64,000 nucleotides of DNA from Candidatus Saccharicenans sp. (GCA_024653215.1 JANLFU010000001.1:269492-333491); one strand, 5' to 3'; positions 18,011 to 28,266 are shown, counted from the stretch's first letter. The notes: generated from the sequence alone by a model not told the origin. Program-made: numbers and translations.

Positions 18011-20287
18011 TCAAACCTGTCCACGTTTTACTCGGTTAAGAGCATAGGCAATCTGGCCCAGGGACAGGGATTCATCCCCCGGAGAGTAAAAGACAGGTCT
18101 GAGGACTTCAAACCCATTTTTCCTCAGTACCATCTCCGTTTGTTCGGTCAGGAGGCGATTCAGGAAAACTCCACCGGTCAGGACCACCCGGTTCAGGCCA
18201 TGCTCCTTGCGGGCCAGGACAGACATTTCCAGGATGAGTTGAACCAGGGTCAGGTGGAATTTACAGGCGGCCAGTTCGGGCCGCACTTTTTCCTTCAGGT
18301 CAAGAACCAGTTCGTTTATAGTCTGGCTGAAATCAACCCGGTAGGGCCGGCTGTCCCTTCTGACCGAAAAAGAATAGCCCTGATTCCGTTTAGACCTGAC
18401 TCTTGAAGCAGCCGCTTCCAGGCGGGAGGGGGCTTCGGCTTCATATTCCACCCGGGCCGGGGCCAGGCCGCAGATATAAGCCACGGCATCAAAAAGCCGG
18501 CCGGCGCTTGAAGTCAGCGGGCTGTTGATTTTCCTTTCTATCATCAACCGTACCGGACGCAACCTGCTTTCCGGGATGGCGGCCAGTGGTCGGAGGCGGG
18601 GTAATTTTTCTCCAAAGGCCCGGTAAAGATAAGCCAGGGCCATCCTCCAGGGTTCCCGGGCAGCGGCGTCTCCTCCCGGCAATGGGACATAATCAAAATG
18701 GGCGTATCTTTCGTACCCGTCATAATCGGCCAGCAGGAACTCGCCGCCCCAGGCCTGTCCGTCATCGCCGTAACCGAATCCATCCCAGCTCACCCCGAGG
18801 AATTTTTCGCCAGGAGGTAGTTGATGCTCGATGAGGGGGGCCAGGCTGTGGGCAAAGTGATGCTGCACCTGGAGATGCGGTATTTTCAGGCTGCGGGCAA
18901 AGCGGGTGCTCCAGAAATCGGGGTGGAGGTCGCTGACCACCAGCTCGGGACGGAAGCTGAACAATTTTTTCAGGTGGGCCAGGGTCTCTTCGAAGTATCG
19001 GAAGTTCTCGTAATCATCCAGGTCGCCCAGGAACTGTGAGGTTACTATATATCCATTCTTATAGATGGAGATGGTGTTTTTCAGCTCGCCGCCCACGGCC
19101 AGGATCTGAACCGGGCTCTGGAGACTTTCAGGAACAGCCTGTGGGAAGGGAACAAAGCCCCGTGCCCGGCGGAGAAAGACGGGTTTTCCGTTGACCACCT
19201 TGATGACCGAATCATCGGCCCGCATGGCGATTTCCCGGTTGTGGGTCAGGATGTAATCGCATAGCTCGGGGCCAATGAGAGAATCGTCCTTGATGATCGG
19301 GGCATCTTTCCGGTTGGAGCTGGTGGCCACGATGAGCGACAGGTCCTTGAGCAGGAGGTGATGTAGAGGGGTGTAGGGCAGCATGATGCCCACCGTATCG
19401 ATGAAAGGAGCTATGCCCGGCAGCTCCCTTTTCTTTTTAAGAAGGACTATCGGCCGGGCCGGTGAAGTCAGCCAGCTCTTTTCGTCAGAAGTGATTTGCA
19501 CGTACCTTCTGGCCGTCTTGATGTCCCTGGCCATCAGGGCCAGGGGCTTGGTCTGCCTCTTTTTGATCTGCCGCAGCCTTCTTATTGCCTTGGGATTGGT
19601 GGCCAGGCAGACCAGGTGAAATCCCCCCAGTCCCTTGACCGCCAGCACTTTGCCATTTCTGATGAACCTGACCGCTTGCTCCAGTCCGCCTGGTAGCTTG
19701 CGACCCGTCCTGGCCTCTAGCAGGCTGAGTTCCGGGCCGCAGCGGGGGCAGGCAATCGGCTGGGCATGATAGCGCCGGTCAAGTGGGTCCTGGTATTCAC
19801 GGCGGCAGTCCCGACACATCCTGAAACCCGACATGGTCGTCTGGCGCCGGTCATAGGGCAGTTGCCTGACTATGGTATAGCGGGGGCCGCAATTGGTGCA
19901 ATTTGTGAATGGGTAACGATACCGTCTTTCCTCCGGGTCTTCGATCTCGCTCAGGCAGTCCGGGCAGGTGGCGATATCCGGAGAGATAAAAACGAACGAC
20001 TTCTCCTGGCTGGACCGGTCTATTTCAAACCCCGACCGGCCGAGCGGTTCAACCGGCTGATAATCAACCCCCTCAATTCTGGCCAGGGGAGGGGCTTCAT
20101 CTCGCAGGGATTCCAGGAATTCTTCAAGCTCGCCCCCTTCTTTTTCCAGGTATATTTCCACTCCTTCCCCGATGTTTCTGACGAAACCGGAAAAACCCAG
20201 GCGGCTGGCCAGGCGGTAAATAAAGGGGCGGAAACCAACTCCCTGGACGGTTCCCCGGACGATCAGTCTGAAAGCCTTCCGGGTCAT
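18011..20287 (-). CDS. hypF: [NiFe]-hydrogenase maturation carbamoyltransferase HypF
   Basis: Acylphosphatase domain (VQGVGFRPF), two CxxC zinc-finger pairs, a YrdC-like domain and a Kae1-like domain. The ORF opens at 20323, but an ATG at 20287 overlaps the queH stop (ATGA), so that is the likelier start. Confidence 0.88.
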   Translation of the reverse strand: MTRKAFRLIVRGTVQGVGFRPFIYRLASRLGFSGFVRNIGEGVEIYLEKEGGELEEFLESLRDEAPPLARIEGVDYQPVEPLGRSGFEIDRSSQEKSFVFISPDIATCPDCLSEIEDPEERRYRYPFTNCTNCGPRYTIVRQLPYDRRQTTMSGFRMCRDCRREYQDPLDRRYHAQPIACPRCGPELSLLEARTGRKLPGGLEQAVRFIRNGKVLAVKGLGGFHLVCLATNPKAIRRLRQIKKRQTKPLALMARDIKTARRYVQITSDEKSWLTSPARPIVLLKKKRELPGIAPFIDTVGIMLPYTPLHHLLLKDLSLIVATSSNRKDAPIIKDDSLIGPELCDYILTHNREIAMRADDSVIKVVNGKPVFLRRARGFVPFPQAVPESLQSPVQILAVGGELKNTISIYKNGYIVTSQFLGDLDDYENFRYFEETLAHLKKLFSFRPELVVSDLHPDFWSTRFARSLKIPHLQVQHHFAHSLAPLIEHQLPPGEKFLGVSWDGFGYGDDGQAWGGEFLLADYDGYERYAHFDYVPLPGGDAAAREPWRMALAYLYRAFGEKLPRLRPLAAIPESRLRPVRLMIERKINSPLTSSAGRLFDAVAYICGLAPARVEYEAEAPSRLEAAASRVRSKRNQGYSFSVRRDSRPYRVDFSQTINELVLDLKEKVRPELAACKFHLTLVQLILEMSVLARKEHGLNRVVLTGGVFLNRLLTEQTEMVLRKNGFEVLRPVFYSPGDESLSLGQIAYALNRVKRGQV

Positions 20288-20832
20288 GGCGAGGCTGGCC
20301 TCCGGCTGTACAGACAACCGCAATAATTCTGCCGGTACAGGCCTAACTCCCGGCTTAGCCGGACGCTGCGGTTGAAGCCATCTTTCTTCTTGAAATCGGC
20401 TTCCAGGAATTTGAGTCCGTATTTTCTGGCGGTCATCCTGCCAATTCTGTTAAGGACCGCGCTGTTCTTCCAGGGGCTGACGCTCATGATGGTGGTGAAA
20501 AGAGGAAAACCGGCTTCCAGGGCTTTCCTGGCGGTTCGTTCCAGCCGCCAGGCAAAGCAGATATTACAGCGGCGGCCTTTCTCAGGCTCTGATTTGAATT
20601 TTTCGGTCAGCCGGAACCAGGTCTCGGGGTCGTAAATATCCTCGATCAACTTGAATTGCAGGTGCTCGGCTACCCTCCGGGCTTCAGCCAATCGCAGCCG
20701 GTATTCTTCTTCCGGGTGGATGTTGGGGTTATAAAACAGGCCAACCACTTCGTATTCAGCCTGGAGCAGTCCGACTACATAAAGGGCATCTGGTGCGCAG
20801 CACAGGTGGGCCAGGATCGGGCTTTTGTTCAT
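20284..20832 (-). CDS. queH: Epoxyqueuosine reductase QueH (DUF208 family)
   Basis: LAHLCCAPD...C...C motif pattern and the 182-aa length are typical of QueH. Confidence 0.75.
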   Translation of the reverse strand: MNKSPILAHLCCAPDALYVVGLLQAEYEVVGLFYNPNIHPEEEYRLRLAEARRVAEHLQFKLIEDIYDPETWFRLTEKFKSEPEKGRRCNICFAWRLERTARKALEAGFPLFTTIMSVSPWKNSAVLNRIGRMTARKYGLKFLEADFKKKDGFNRSVRLSRELGLYRQNYCGCLYSRRPASP

Positions 20833-20925
20833 GCGTCTATTTTAGCCCTGCCGGGTGGCCGGGTAAAGGCTGGTTTTAAGATGGTCTGTCGCTCAGAAGC
20901 GAACCGTTACTGCGGCCTACCGGAA

Positions 20926-21603
20926 CTACAGTTTTTCCAGCCGGGCCTTGAGCTCGCGGATCTTGCTTTCCAGGGAGTCTATCTGGAAATAGAGAAAGGC
21001 CAGGTCCTCGCGGTCAGGCCTTAAACTGTACATGATATGGCCGATGGTCTTATGGTATGGTTCCAGTTGCTCGTCGGTGGCCAGGATGCTGGCCTGGACC
21101 TGCTTCAGTTCTTTTTCCATGCTGGCAATCTTATTATCCAGCTCGGCCTGCCTGGCCTTAAAATTATCGTCTGGAACCGGGGAGGACATCAGCCTGGTTT
21201 TCTCCTGCCTCAGGTTTTCCAGCTGCTTGTATATCCGGTGCCACTCGACCTGCAGGCCGGTATTTTTTTCTTCCAGGGCCTTGATTTCCCTGGAAATGTC
21301 TTCTATTTCCGGCAGGTCGGGCCACTGGATGGAGGTCAATTCCCCCAGCCGTTTCAGCAGCTCCGACTTCTTGTTTTCTTCCCGTTTCAGCAGGGCCTCG
21401 ATTCTCAGCCGGGAAAACCGACGGCGGGGACCGGCCAGGACATAGCTGATTCTCTGGCGGAGGTCTTTTTTCTGGAGAAAATTAATAAAAATCAGGAGTA
21501 AGATGACGCTCAGAAGAAGGTAAAACACCCAGAAAGGAAGTCCACCTTTCTGAAGCTCTGGCGTCGATAGAAGGCTGAGATGGCTTGCGGCGGTACTATC
21601 CAC
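20926..21603 (-). CDS. Membrane-anchored coiled-coil protein, function unknown
   Basis: N-terminal TM helix (FWVFYLLLSVILLLIFINFL) then about 150 aa of heptad-rich sequence. GTG start with GGAAGGAGA upstream, sharing 1 nt with the M14 gene stop. Confidence 0.5.
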   Translation of the reverse strand: MDSTAASHLSLLSTPELQKGGLPFWVFYLLLSVILLLIFINFLQKKDLRQRISYVLAGPRRRFSRLRIEALLKREENKKSELLKRLGELTSIQWPDLPEIEDISREIKALEEKNTGLQVEWHRIYKQLENLRQEKTRLMSSPVPDDNFKARQAELDNKIASMEKELKQVQASILATDEQLEPYHKTIGHIMYSLRPDREDLAFLYFQIDSLESKIRELKARLEKL

Positions 21604-22961
21604 TACCTGCTCTCCTTCCCCTTGAAAGCAGCACCCGCTCTGTCTTTTATCATAATTTCATGTTTTTTTTCAAGTTCTCTTCTCAATAAGGGGAAGGCCC
21701 GGGCTCCCTTGCTAACATAGGAGGCTATAGCCCACTCTATTAGGTAAAGGGCGGCCGGCAGGTTCTCCCGGAAGATCGGTTCTATGTCGCTTTCCGAATT
21801 TAGGAAGCCTCCCTGGACCAGGTCTACCGGGGGAAGTTCTATGGTAAAGGCGGGTATCCGGAAAAAGCCGTAGGCCCAGTCAGCAAAGTCGCCGTTGGTC
21901 AGGTAAAGAGAAGTTGCAGCCCGGCCGGTCTGGTAAACCCGGCCGTTTACCTGCGAAATCAACCCGGCCATTTCTTGGGCCAGGCTCTGAAGCAGGGCTT
22001 CGTCCTCCGTGGGCTGGTCGAGGTAGCCCCAGGGATAAAGGATTAGCTGGGAAAAACTGTGGTAGGAGATGGCGGCCGATATCCGCTGGTTCTGGAAAAG
22101 TTTTCTGATGGCTTCGGTCTCTGGCTCGGAAAAGGGACCCGTTCCCCGGAAAACGGCCGAGGAGGGTTCGGGGCTTGAACCGATATCATCATAGGCCCAT
22201 TCGTAGGAATAATTACGGTTGAGGTCCACCCCGTAAGAACCGTCCTGGTTCAGGCGTCTATTCTTTCTCCACAGCCGGTAATTAAGTATCGAGTATTCCA
22301 GTCCGTCAGGGTTGACCATGGGTATGATCCAGACCTCGGCCGAATTGACCAGAGCCCTGACCCGGTCTTCACGGCTGTAATTTTCTAGAAGATAACGGCC
22401 AATGAGAAGAGGCACCTCCACTGAAATCCATTCCCGGGCGTGGTGGCCCCCCAGGAGTGCTATTCCCGGTTCATCTTCACTCAGGCCTGGATTATCGCTG
22501 ATCTTGAGAGCGTAAATATTTCTGTTTTCCAGGCTCTGGCCGGGCACATAAAGCCTGGCCAGGGTCGGGTATGAGGTAGCCAGGGATTTGAGCTCGGAGG
22601 CCAGTTCCCGGTATGAATGGTAGGCTCCATTAAGTCCCCCCGTCCCTTCCGCCTGAGGACGCAGAGATTTTTCACCTTTATGTTGGAAGCACCCGGTCTC
22701 AATGGTAAACACATAGCCCGCTTCCTGGATGGAGTCGAGGTACTTTCTTTCAACTAGGAAATAAACCTTCAGGCCATCGGTCAGAAGCGGGTCAAGGGGG
22801 AAGTTGAGCCTTAACGTTCTCAAGTCCTGGCGCGAGTCAAGGGCAATGACCTCCAGGCTTCCGGTTTCATTTTCGGAAAGGCTGAAGGGCCAGAGGCCGT
22901 ACAGCGCGGCTGATAGCAGAATCAGGATGATTAAAATCTGGATGATTTTGGTCTTTTTCAT
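21603..22961 (-). CDS. Secreted M14-family zinc carboxypeptidase
   Basis: Signal peptide; M14 family-level segments GGHHAREWIS, VNPDG and YHSFSQLILYPWGY. Confidence 0.8.
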   Translation of the reverse strand: MKKTKIIQILIILILLSAALYGLWPFSLSENETGSLEVIALDSRQDLRTLRLNFPLDPLLTDGLKVYFLVERKYLDSIQEAGYVFTIETGCFQHKGEKSLRPQAEGTGGLNGAYHSYRELASELKSLATSYPTLARLYVPGQSLENRNIYALKISDNPGLSEDEPGIALLGGHHAREWISVEVPLLIGRYLLENYSREDRVRALVNSAEVWIIPMVNPDGLEYSILNYRLWRKNRRLNQDGSYGVDLNRNYSYEWAYDDIGSSPEPSSAVFRGTGPFSEPETEAIRKLFQNQRISAAISYHSFSQLILYPWGYLDQPTEDEALLQSLAQEMAGLISQVNGRVYQTGRAATSLYLTNGDFADWAYGFFRIPAFTIELPPVDLVQGGFLNSESDIEPIFRENLPAALYLIEWAIASYVSKGARAFPLLRRELEKKHEIMIKDRAGAAFKGKESR

Positions 22962-24220
22962 TTTATTTTCCTGGCATCCTTCTTCAGCTCAGGGTGAAAG
23001 TCAAGGGTTATAGCTAATTTGTGCCTCTTCAGGGTATGACCTGAACCGCTCTCCAGTCCCAGGGCGGTGGAGAAGCTTAAACCGAATAGTTCGTTTTTCA
23101 AGCCTGAGCCAAATGTCAGTAAATAATAAGTCGACCTGACTTCCAGGTCGGGCTGGGAATCGACCGCCAGGCCCAGATAATAGGGCGAGGCCCAGGTCCG
23201 CCCCAGGAACCTGAACCTGGTCCGGTATTCCAGTCCAGCCCCGATTCTGACTGTATCGCCAAAGTTTCGTAGCTGGTCTTCCCCGAAGTAAGAAAAGCGG
23301 TAGCGCTTCCAGCCAAAGTAGAGGATATCCAGGTAAGCGTCCAGGTGTTGAGTGATGACCAGCTTGCCCCCGAAGCCCGCGATCAGCGGTCTTTTTATCC
23401 GGTCAGAGGCCTGGCTCCTGGTCTCAATTTCGGTCAGGGGAGTAATATAGGTAAGGCTGCTCTCTCCTTTAACTTTACGGATGTACGGCGGGCTCAGGCT
23501 CAACCCCAGGGACAGGCGGTTACTGATTTCATAGCCCAGCCCAGCCACCACTCTGAAACCTGTAATCTTCTGGTATCGATAGTCGAGCAACTGAATCTCT
23601 TCCTGGGTCCAGAATTCATCCAGGCTCCTTTCGAGGTAACCGCGCTCGTAGATTAGGCTGGCCCCGAGACTCATCTTCTGGGTTAACCTGCTTGCCAGGC
23701 TGATGGCATAGCCGGACAGGTGTCCCACCTGCCAGATCTGCATCTGGTTATAGACCACCTGGTTATAAACATAACGATATTCAAGTCCGGGTCTCCCGTA
23801 GTTCTCGGTCAGAGCTACCCCCAGTCCGATCGTCCAGCGGCCTACCCGCCAGGATAGGCCAAGGTGGTCCAACTGCCAGGCTCTGGCGGTCAGGTTGCCC
23901 CGGGTGGAAATTACTCCGGTATTGACCAGCCAGTAGCTGAAGAGCTGGGTCTGGTTGAAGCTTGAGCTCAGGCTGAAGGTAAGGGCTGGCAGCTGGGTAA
24001 GGAGAGCCGGGTTGGAATAGATGACTTCCCCCGAAGTAATCCTGGCCAGCCGGCAGAAACCTGAGCCCAGGCCCGCCGCGGTGTCTGGACCGAGAATATT
24101 CCAGCTACCCAGGGGCGCTTCTTCCGTGTACTGGCCCGGCCTGGTCTGGGCCAGAAGGGTTGGAATAATGAGAAAATAAATAATGATTATAAGCAGGTAT
24201 TTAAGAGTCCATCTCCTCAT
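22958..24220 (-). CDS. Secreted protein with outer-membrane beta-barrel-like features, function unknown
   Basis: Signal peptide (MRRWTLKYLLIIIIYFLIIPTLLAQ); alternating hydrophobic, aromatic and Gly-rich strands; ATGA overlap with the downstream M14 gene. Confidence 0.5.
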   Translation of the reverse strand: MRRWTLKYLLIIIIYFLIIPTLLAQTRPGQYTEEAPLGSWNILGPDTAAGLGSGFCRLARITSGEVIYSNPALLTQLPALTFSLSSSFNQTQLFSYWLVNTGVISTRGNLTARAWQLDHLGLSWRVGRWTIGLGVALTENYGRPGLEYRYVYNQVVYNQMQIWQVGHLSGYAISLASRLTQKMSLGASLIYERGYLERSLDEFWTQEEIQLLDYRYQKITGFRVVAGLGYEISNRLSLGLSLSPPYIRKVKGESSLTYITPLTEIETRSQASDRIKRPLIAGFGGKLVITQHLDAYLDILYFGWKRYRFSYFGEDQLRNFGDTVRIGAGLEYRTRFRFLGRTWASPYYLGLAVDSQPDLEVRSTYYLLTFGSGLKNELFGLSFSTALGLESGSGHTLKRHKLAITLDFHPELKKDARKIK

Positions 24221-24311
24221 TTCAAGCTACCCGGGCAGCCCTATTTTACCACCCCCGTCTTTATTTTTGAAAACGAAATGGGTATGATAGAAAATCATCA
24301 GGAGTGCGCTC

Positions 24312-25304
24312 ATGGTTAAGAAGGACAGAAGGATTAAGATTAGAAGTCTGGGGATTTACCTCCCCGAAAAAGTCCTGACCAATCTTGACCTGGAAAAAAT
24401 GGTTGAGACTTCAGACGAATGGATTACCACCCGGACCGGGATCAAGGAGAGAAGGATAGCAGCCGAGGACCAGGTAACCTCCGACCTGGGCGTGGCCGCC
24501 GCCAGGCAGGCCCTGGACCGGGCCGGTCTCAAGCCCGAAGATATTGACCTGATCCTGGTGGCCACCAACAGCCCGGACACCCTGTTTCCTTCAACCGCCT
24601 GCTGGATCCAGAAGAAGCTGGGTACCAGGGAAATGCCTGCCTTTGACCTCCAGGCCGGCTGCACCGGTGTTCTCTATGGCTTGATCGTGGCCGAGGGATT
24701 AATCCTTAGCGGGGTCTGCCGCCGGGTGTTATTAATCGGCGTGGATATTCTCTCCAAAATAACCAACTGGGAAGACCGTACCACCTGTGTTCTTTTCGGG
24801 GACGGGGCCGGGGCTTTTATACTGGAAGAGAGTGAGGATGACTCAGGCCTGCTATCCCATTTCTGGGGCGCCGACGGTTCCCTGGGAGAGCTGCTGATAC
24901 TCCCCGGAGGCGGAACACTGCATCCGGCCAGTGAACAGACGGTTAAAGAAAAAATGCATTATATCCACATGAAGGGGAACGATGTTTTCAAGCATGCCGT
25001 CAAGCGCATGGGAGAGTCCATAATGGAAGCCCTGAAGTCAGCCGGGCTGGACAAGCACCAGGTGGATTTCCTGATCCCGCACCAGGCCAACCTCCGGATC
25101 ATAGATGCCATCGGGGAAAGGCTGGACCTGGACCCGGAAAAAGTGGTGGTCAACGTCGATCGCTACGGCAACATGTCAGTGGCCACCATTCCAGTGGCTC
25201 TGTACGAGTTACAGGAAGAGGGCAAGCTTCAGCCGGGGAAAATCGTGGCCATGGTGGCCTTTGGCGCCGGCTTTACCTGGGCCTCAGCCGTCTACCGCTG
25301 GTAG
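24312..25304 (+). CDS. fabH: 3-oxoacyl-ACP synthase III
   Basis: Catalytic triad context (Cys in LQAGCTGVLYG, His in LIPHQANLRI, Asn in VDRYGNMSVATI), 330 aa. Confidence 0.9.
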   Translation: MVKKDRRIKIRSLGIYLPEKVLTNLDLEKMVETSDEWITTRTGIKERRIAAEDQVTSDLGVAAARQALDRAGLKPEDIDLILVATNSPDTLFPSTACWIQKKLGTREMPAFDLQAGCTGVLYGLIVAEGLILSGVCRRVLLIGVDILSKITNWEDRTTCVLFGDGAGAFILEESEDDSGLLSHFWGADGSLGELLILPGGGTLHPASEQTVKEKMHYIHMKGNDVFKHAVKRMGESIMEALKSAGLDKHQVDFLIPHQANLRIIDAIGERLDLDPEKVVVNVDRYGNMSVATIPVALYELQEEGKLQPGKIVAMVAFGAGFTWASAVYRW

Positions 25305-25372
25305 TTTCCTTTCCGGACGTGCCGGCCATCATCAGCAACCTCGGCCGGTTCTGCCCTGGATATGCTTTCTTA

Positions 25373-25894
25373 TTATTCTTTTTCCAGTTCTTCAAAGATC
25401 CGGACCAGGTCCTTCTTGGCCAGCTGGCCTACATGCTTGTACCTGAGGCGCCCGTTCCGGTCGATAAAGATGGAAGTTGGTATGTACTGACCGGGCCTGA
25501 AAGCCGAAACGATGTCCTGGCCGACCAGGGCCACCGGGTAGTTCATCTTGGCCTTGGTCACGAAGGACTTAAGCTCGGCTTCCGGCATGTCATCAACCGA
25601 AAAACCCAGGATTTCCAGTCCCCGGTCCTTGAGCTCAGTATAGGCCTCTATAAACTCGGGAATCTCGGCCCGGCAGGGTGGACACCAGGTGGCCCAGAAG
25701 TTAACCAGGATTACCTTCCCCTTGAGCGAGGCCAGGCTCAGTTGCTGGCCATCCAGGCTGATGACTGAAAAATCCGGGGCCGGTTCGGCCTTGGCAGACG
25801 CTTCCACGGCTGAGCCGCCGCCTTTTTCGTTGAAACAGGCCAGGCCGGTCAGCAAAAGCGCTGCCAGAATGGCCAGGAGAAAAATTTTTTTCAT
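25373..25894 (-). CDS. TlpA/ResA-like thiol-disulfide oxidoreductase; thioredoxin fold, lipoprotein-type signal peptide
   Basis: WATWCPPC active site; N-terminal signal peptide ending LTGLAC. Confidence 0.8.
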   Translation of the reverse strand: MKKIFLLAILAALLLTGLACFNEKGGGSAVEASAKAEPAPDFSVISLDGQQLSLASLKGKVILVNFWATWCPPCRAEIPEFIEAYTELKDRGLEILGFSVDDMPEAELKSFVTKAKMNYPVALVGQDIVSAFRPGQYIPTSIFIDRNGRLRYKHVGQLAKKDLVRIFEELEKE

Positions 25895-25922
25895 GTTATT
25901 TTCCTTTCTTCAATCGGCCGGG

Positions 25923-26819
25923 TCACAGGCCGCAATGCTTGAGGATCCTGGCCCAGCGGGCGTCGACCTCCTGCTGGATCAGGGCAATCTCTTCTTCCTT
26001 GAGATGGCGGAAGCGGCCCTGCAGCTTCAGGTACTCGGCTATTGGTTTTCTTTCCTTAACTTTCAGGTTCAGGGTCCATTTTTCCCCGTCTTCTATTTCG
26101 TAAAGCGGAAAGTAGCCCGTCTGAACCGCCAGCCTGGCCAGCTTCACTGTGTCCTCCGGACGACTTTTCCAGCCGGCCGGGCAGGGAGCGAAGACGTGGA
26201 TGAACCGCGTTCCCTTGATTTCCCTGGCTTTCTTGAATTTTTTAACCATGTCTTCTGGATAGGCCACGCTGGCCGTGGCGATGTAAGGGATCCCGTGGGC
26301 GGCCATGATGCCGATGATGTCTTTCTTCCGCTCTTTCTTATAGTGCTTGACGGGGGTGGTAGTGGTCCAGGCTCCAATCGGGGTGGCTGAACTCCGCTGG
26401 ATACCGGTATTCATGTAGGCTTCATTGTCATAGCAGGTATAGATGATATCGTCATTTCTCTCGGCTGCACCGGACAGGGCCTGGAGCCCGATGTCAAAGG
26501 TTCCGCCGTCGCCGGCCCAGGCCAGGACAGTGGTCTCGGTGTCGCCCACCATGTCCAGCCCGGCCCTGACTCCCGAGGCAGAGGAAGCTGCGGTTTCAAA
26601 GGCGCAGTGGTAGATCGGTATGTCCAGAGAAGAATGGGGGAAGGGACCATCGATCACCGCCCAGCAGCAGGCCGGGATGCAGACTATGGTTTTCTGCCCG
26701 AGGCCTTTAAGGGCCAGGCGCATGGCCAAGGAGGCTCCGCAGCCCTGGCAGGCCAGGTGGCCCGGACTCATGTATTCTTCCCGGGGTATGGTTAGGGTCA
26801 TTTTTCTTTCTTTGCTCAT
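25923..26819 (-). CDS. porB: 2-oxoacid:ferredoxin oxidoreductase beta subunit (TPP-binding)
   Basis: TPP-binding GDG...N motif region (AWAGDGGTFDIG); gene order G-D-A-B. Confidence 0.85.
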   Translation of the reverse strand: MSKERKMTLTIPREEYMSPGHLACQGCGASLAMRLALKGLGQKTIVCIPACCWAVIDGPFPHSSLDIPIYHCAFETAASSASGVRAGLDMVGDTETTVLAWAGDGGTFDIGLQALSGAAERNDDIIYTCYDNEAYMNTGIQRSSATPIGAWTTTTPVKHYKKERKKDIIGIMAAHGIPYIATASVAYPEDMVKKFKKAREIKGTRFIHVFAPCPAGWKSRPEDTVKLARLAVQTGYFPLYEIEDGEKWTLNLKVKERKPIAEYLKLQGRFRHLKEEEIALIQQEVDARWARILKHCGL

Positions 26820-27970
26820 TTTTTCACTCCTATCCAGACAATTTCTTCCTCGGCTCTATTTTTGCTCAGGGTGTATTCGGCAATTTCCTGGAAAGAATCC
26901 CTGGTGATGTCGCGGCCGCCGAGTCCGGCGATGAAGCCGAAGACGAGCGGAGAGGAAGGCTGGCCGTACAGGGCCGATTTCACTTCCTGGTAGAAGATTC
27001 CGTGGTGGCCGTAGGATATATTGCGGTCAAGGACGGCCACTTTCGGCACCCGGGACAGGATGGCCCTGACCTTTTCGAAGGGGAAGGGACGGAAGAGCTT
27101 GATCCTGAGGTTACCGGCCTTGATTCCCTTTTGCCTGAGCTCATCCACGGCCACCCTGGCCGTGTAACCGGCAGTACCCGAGGTAACAAAGACCAGCTCG
27201 GCGTCAGCGCAGAGGTATTCTTCCACCTGACCCAGGTAGCGGCCAAATAACTTTTCATATTCCTTTCCTGTTTCTTCCACCAGGGCCGGGACCTTCTCCA
27301 TGTCTTTCTGCAGCTTGTAGCGAAGCTCCATGTAGTGGTCGGGTGAGGTCAGGCCACCGAAGGCATGGGGGTCAGCTGGAGTCAGGCGCCAGGGTGGATT
27401 GAAGGGCGGCAGGAACTGGTCAACCCTGGCCTGCTCGGGAATTTCCACCACCTCGTAGGTATGGGAGAGGGCAAAGGCATCAAGAATGATCATGCTGGGA
27501 ATCATCAATTTTTCCGAGACTTTAAAAGCCTGGATGACGGTGTCCAGAACTTCCTGGTTGGAAGAGCAATAAAACTGTATCCAGCCGGTATCCCTTTCCG
27601 ACAGGCTGTCGTTCTGGTCGGCCCAGATGCTCCAGCCCGGGGCCATGGCCCGGTTGATGTTGCCCATGACCACCGGCATCCGTCCCCCGGATGCCCAGTG
27701 CAGCATCTCGTGCATCAGGGCCAAGCCCTGGGCCGAGGTGGCGGTAAAAGTCCTGGCCCCGGCCAGGGAAGCTCCCAGGCAGGCGGCCATGGCCGAATGC
27801 TCGGATTCGACCTTTATGAACTTGGCGTTGAGGGTGCCGTCGGCGCACATTTCGGACAGCAGCTCCACCACCTGGGTCTGGGGGGTGATGGGATAGGCGG
27901 CTATGACCTGAGCCCTGGACAGCATGGCTCCGTAAGACAGGGCGTGATTTCCCATTATTACTTTCTTCAT
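26816..27970 (-). CDS. porA: 2-oxoacid:ferredoxin oxidoreductase alpha subunit
   Basis: The ORF opens at 28021, but an ATG at 27970 (MKKVIMGNHALSYGA) follows AGGAGGAAAA and overlaps the porD stop (ATGA); classic PorA N-terminus. Confidence 0.85.
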   Translation of the reverse strand: MKKVIMGNHALSYGAMLSRAQVIAAYPITPQTQVVELLSEMCADGTLNAKFIKVESEHSAMAACLGASLAGARTFTATSAQGLALMHEMLHWASGGRMPVVMGNINRAMAPGWSIWADQNDSLSERDTGWIQFYCSSNQEVLDTVIQAFKVSEKLMIPSMIILDAFALSHTYEVVEIPEQARVDQFLPPFNPPWRLTPADPHAFGGLTSPDHYMELRYKLQKDMEKVPALVEETGKEYEKLFGRYLGQVEEYLCADAELVFVTSGTAGYTARVAVDELRQKGIKAGNLRIKLFRPFPFEKVRAILSRVPKVAVLDRNISYGHHGIFYQEVKSALYGQPSSPLVFGFIAGLGGRDITRDSFQEIAEYTLSKNRAEEEIVWIGVKK

Positions 27971-28266
27971 TTTTCCTCCTCGACCATGGCGATGCATTTT
28001 TGCGGGCATTCTTCGGCACACAGACCGCAGCCCTTGCAGTAGACATAATTTATCTGCGGCCAGTCATCGACGATGTCGATGGAAGCATCGGGGCAGAATT
28101 TCCAGCAGATGCCGCACTTGATGCACCTGGACAGGTCTATGACCGGCTTGATGTTGCGCCAGGCCCCGGTCTTGTTGTAGAGCATCGAGCCCAGCGACAT
28201 GGGCACGGCCGGCATTTCTTTTTCCGATTCGAAAACGATTTTCTTGGCTTCTTTCTTCTTGCTCAT
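27967..28266 (-). CDS. porD: 2-oxoacid:ferredoxin oxidoreductase delta subunit (2x[4Fe-4S] ferredoxin)
   Basis: CIKCGICWKFCP and CKGCGLCAEECP motifs; 99 aa. Confidence 0.85.
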   Translation of the reverse strand: MSKKKEAKKIVFESEKEMPAVPMSLGSMLYNKTGAWRNIKPVIDLSRCIKCGICWKFCPDASIDIVDDWPQINYVYCKGCGLCAEECPQKCIAMVEEEK

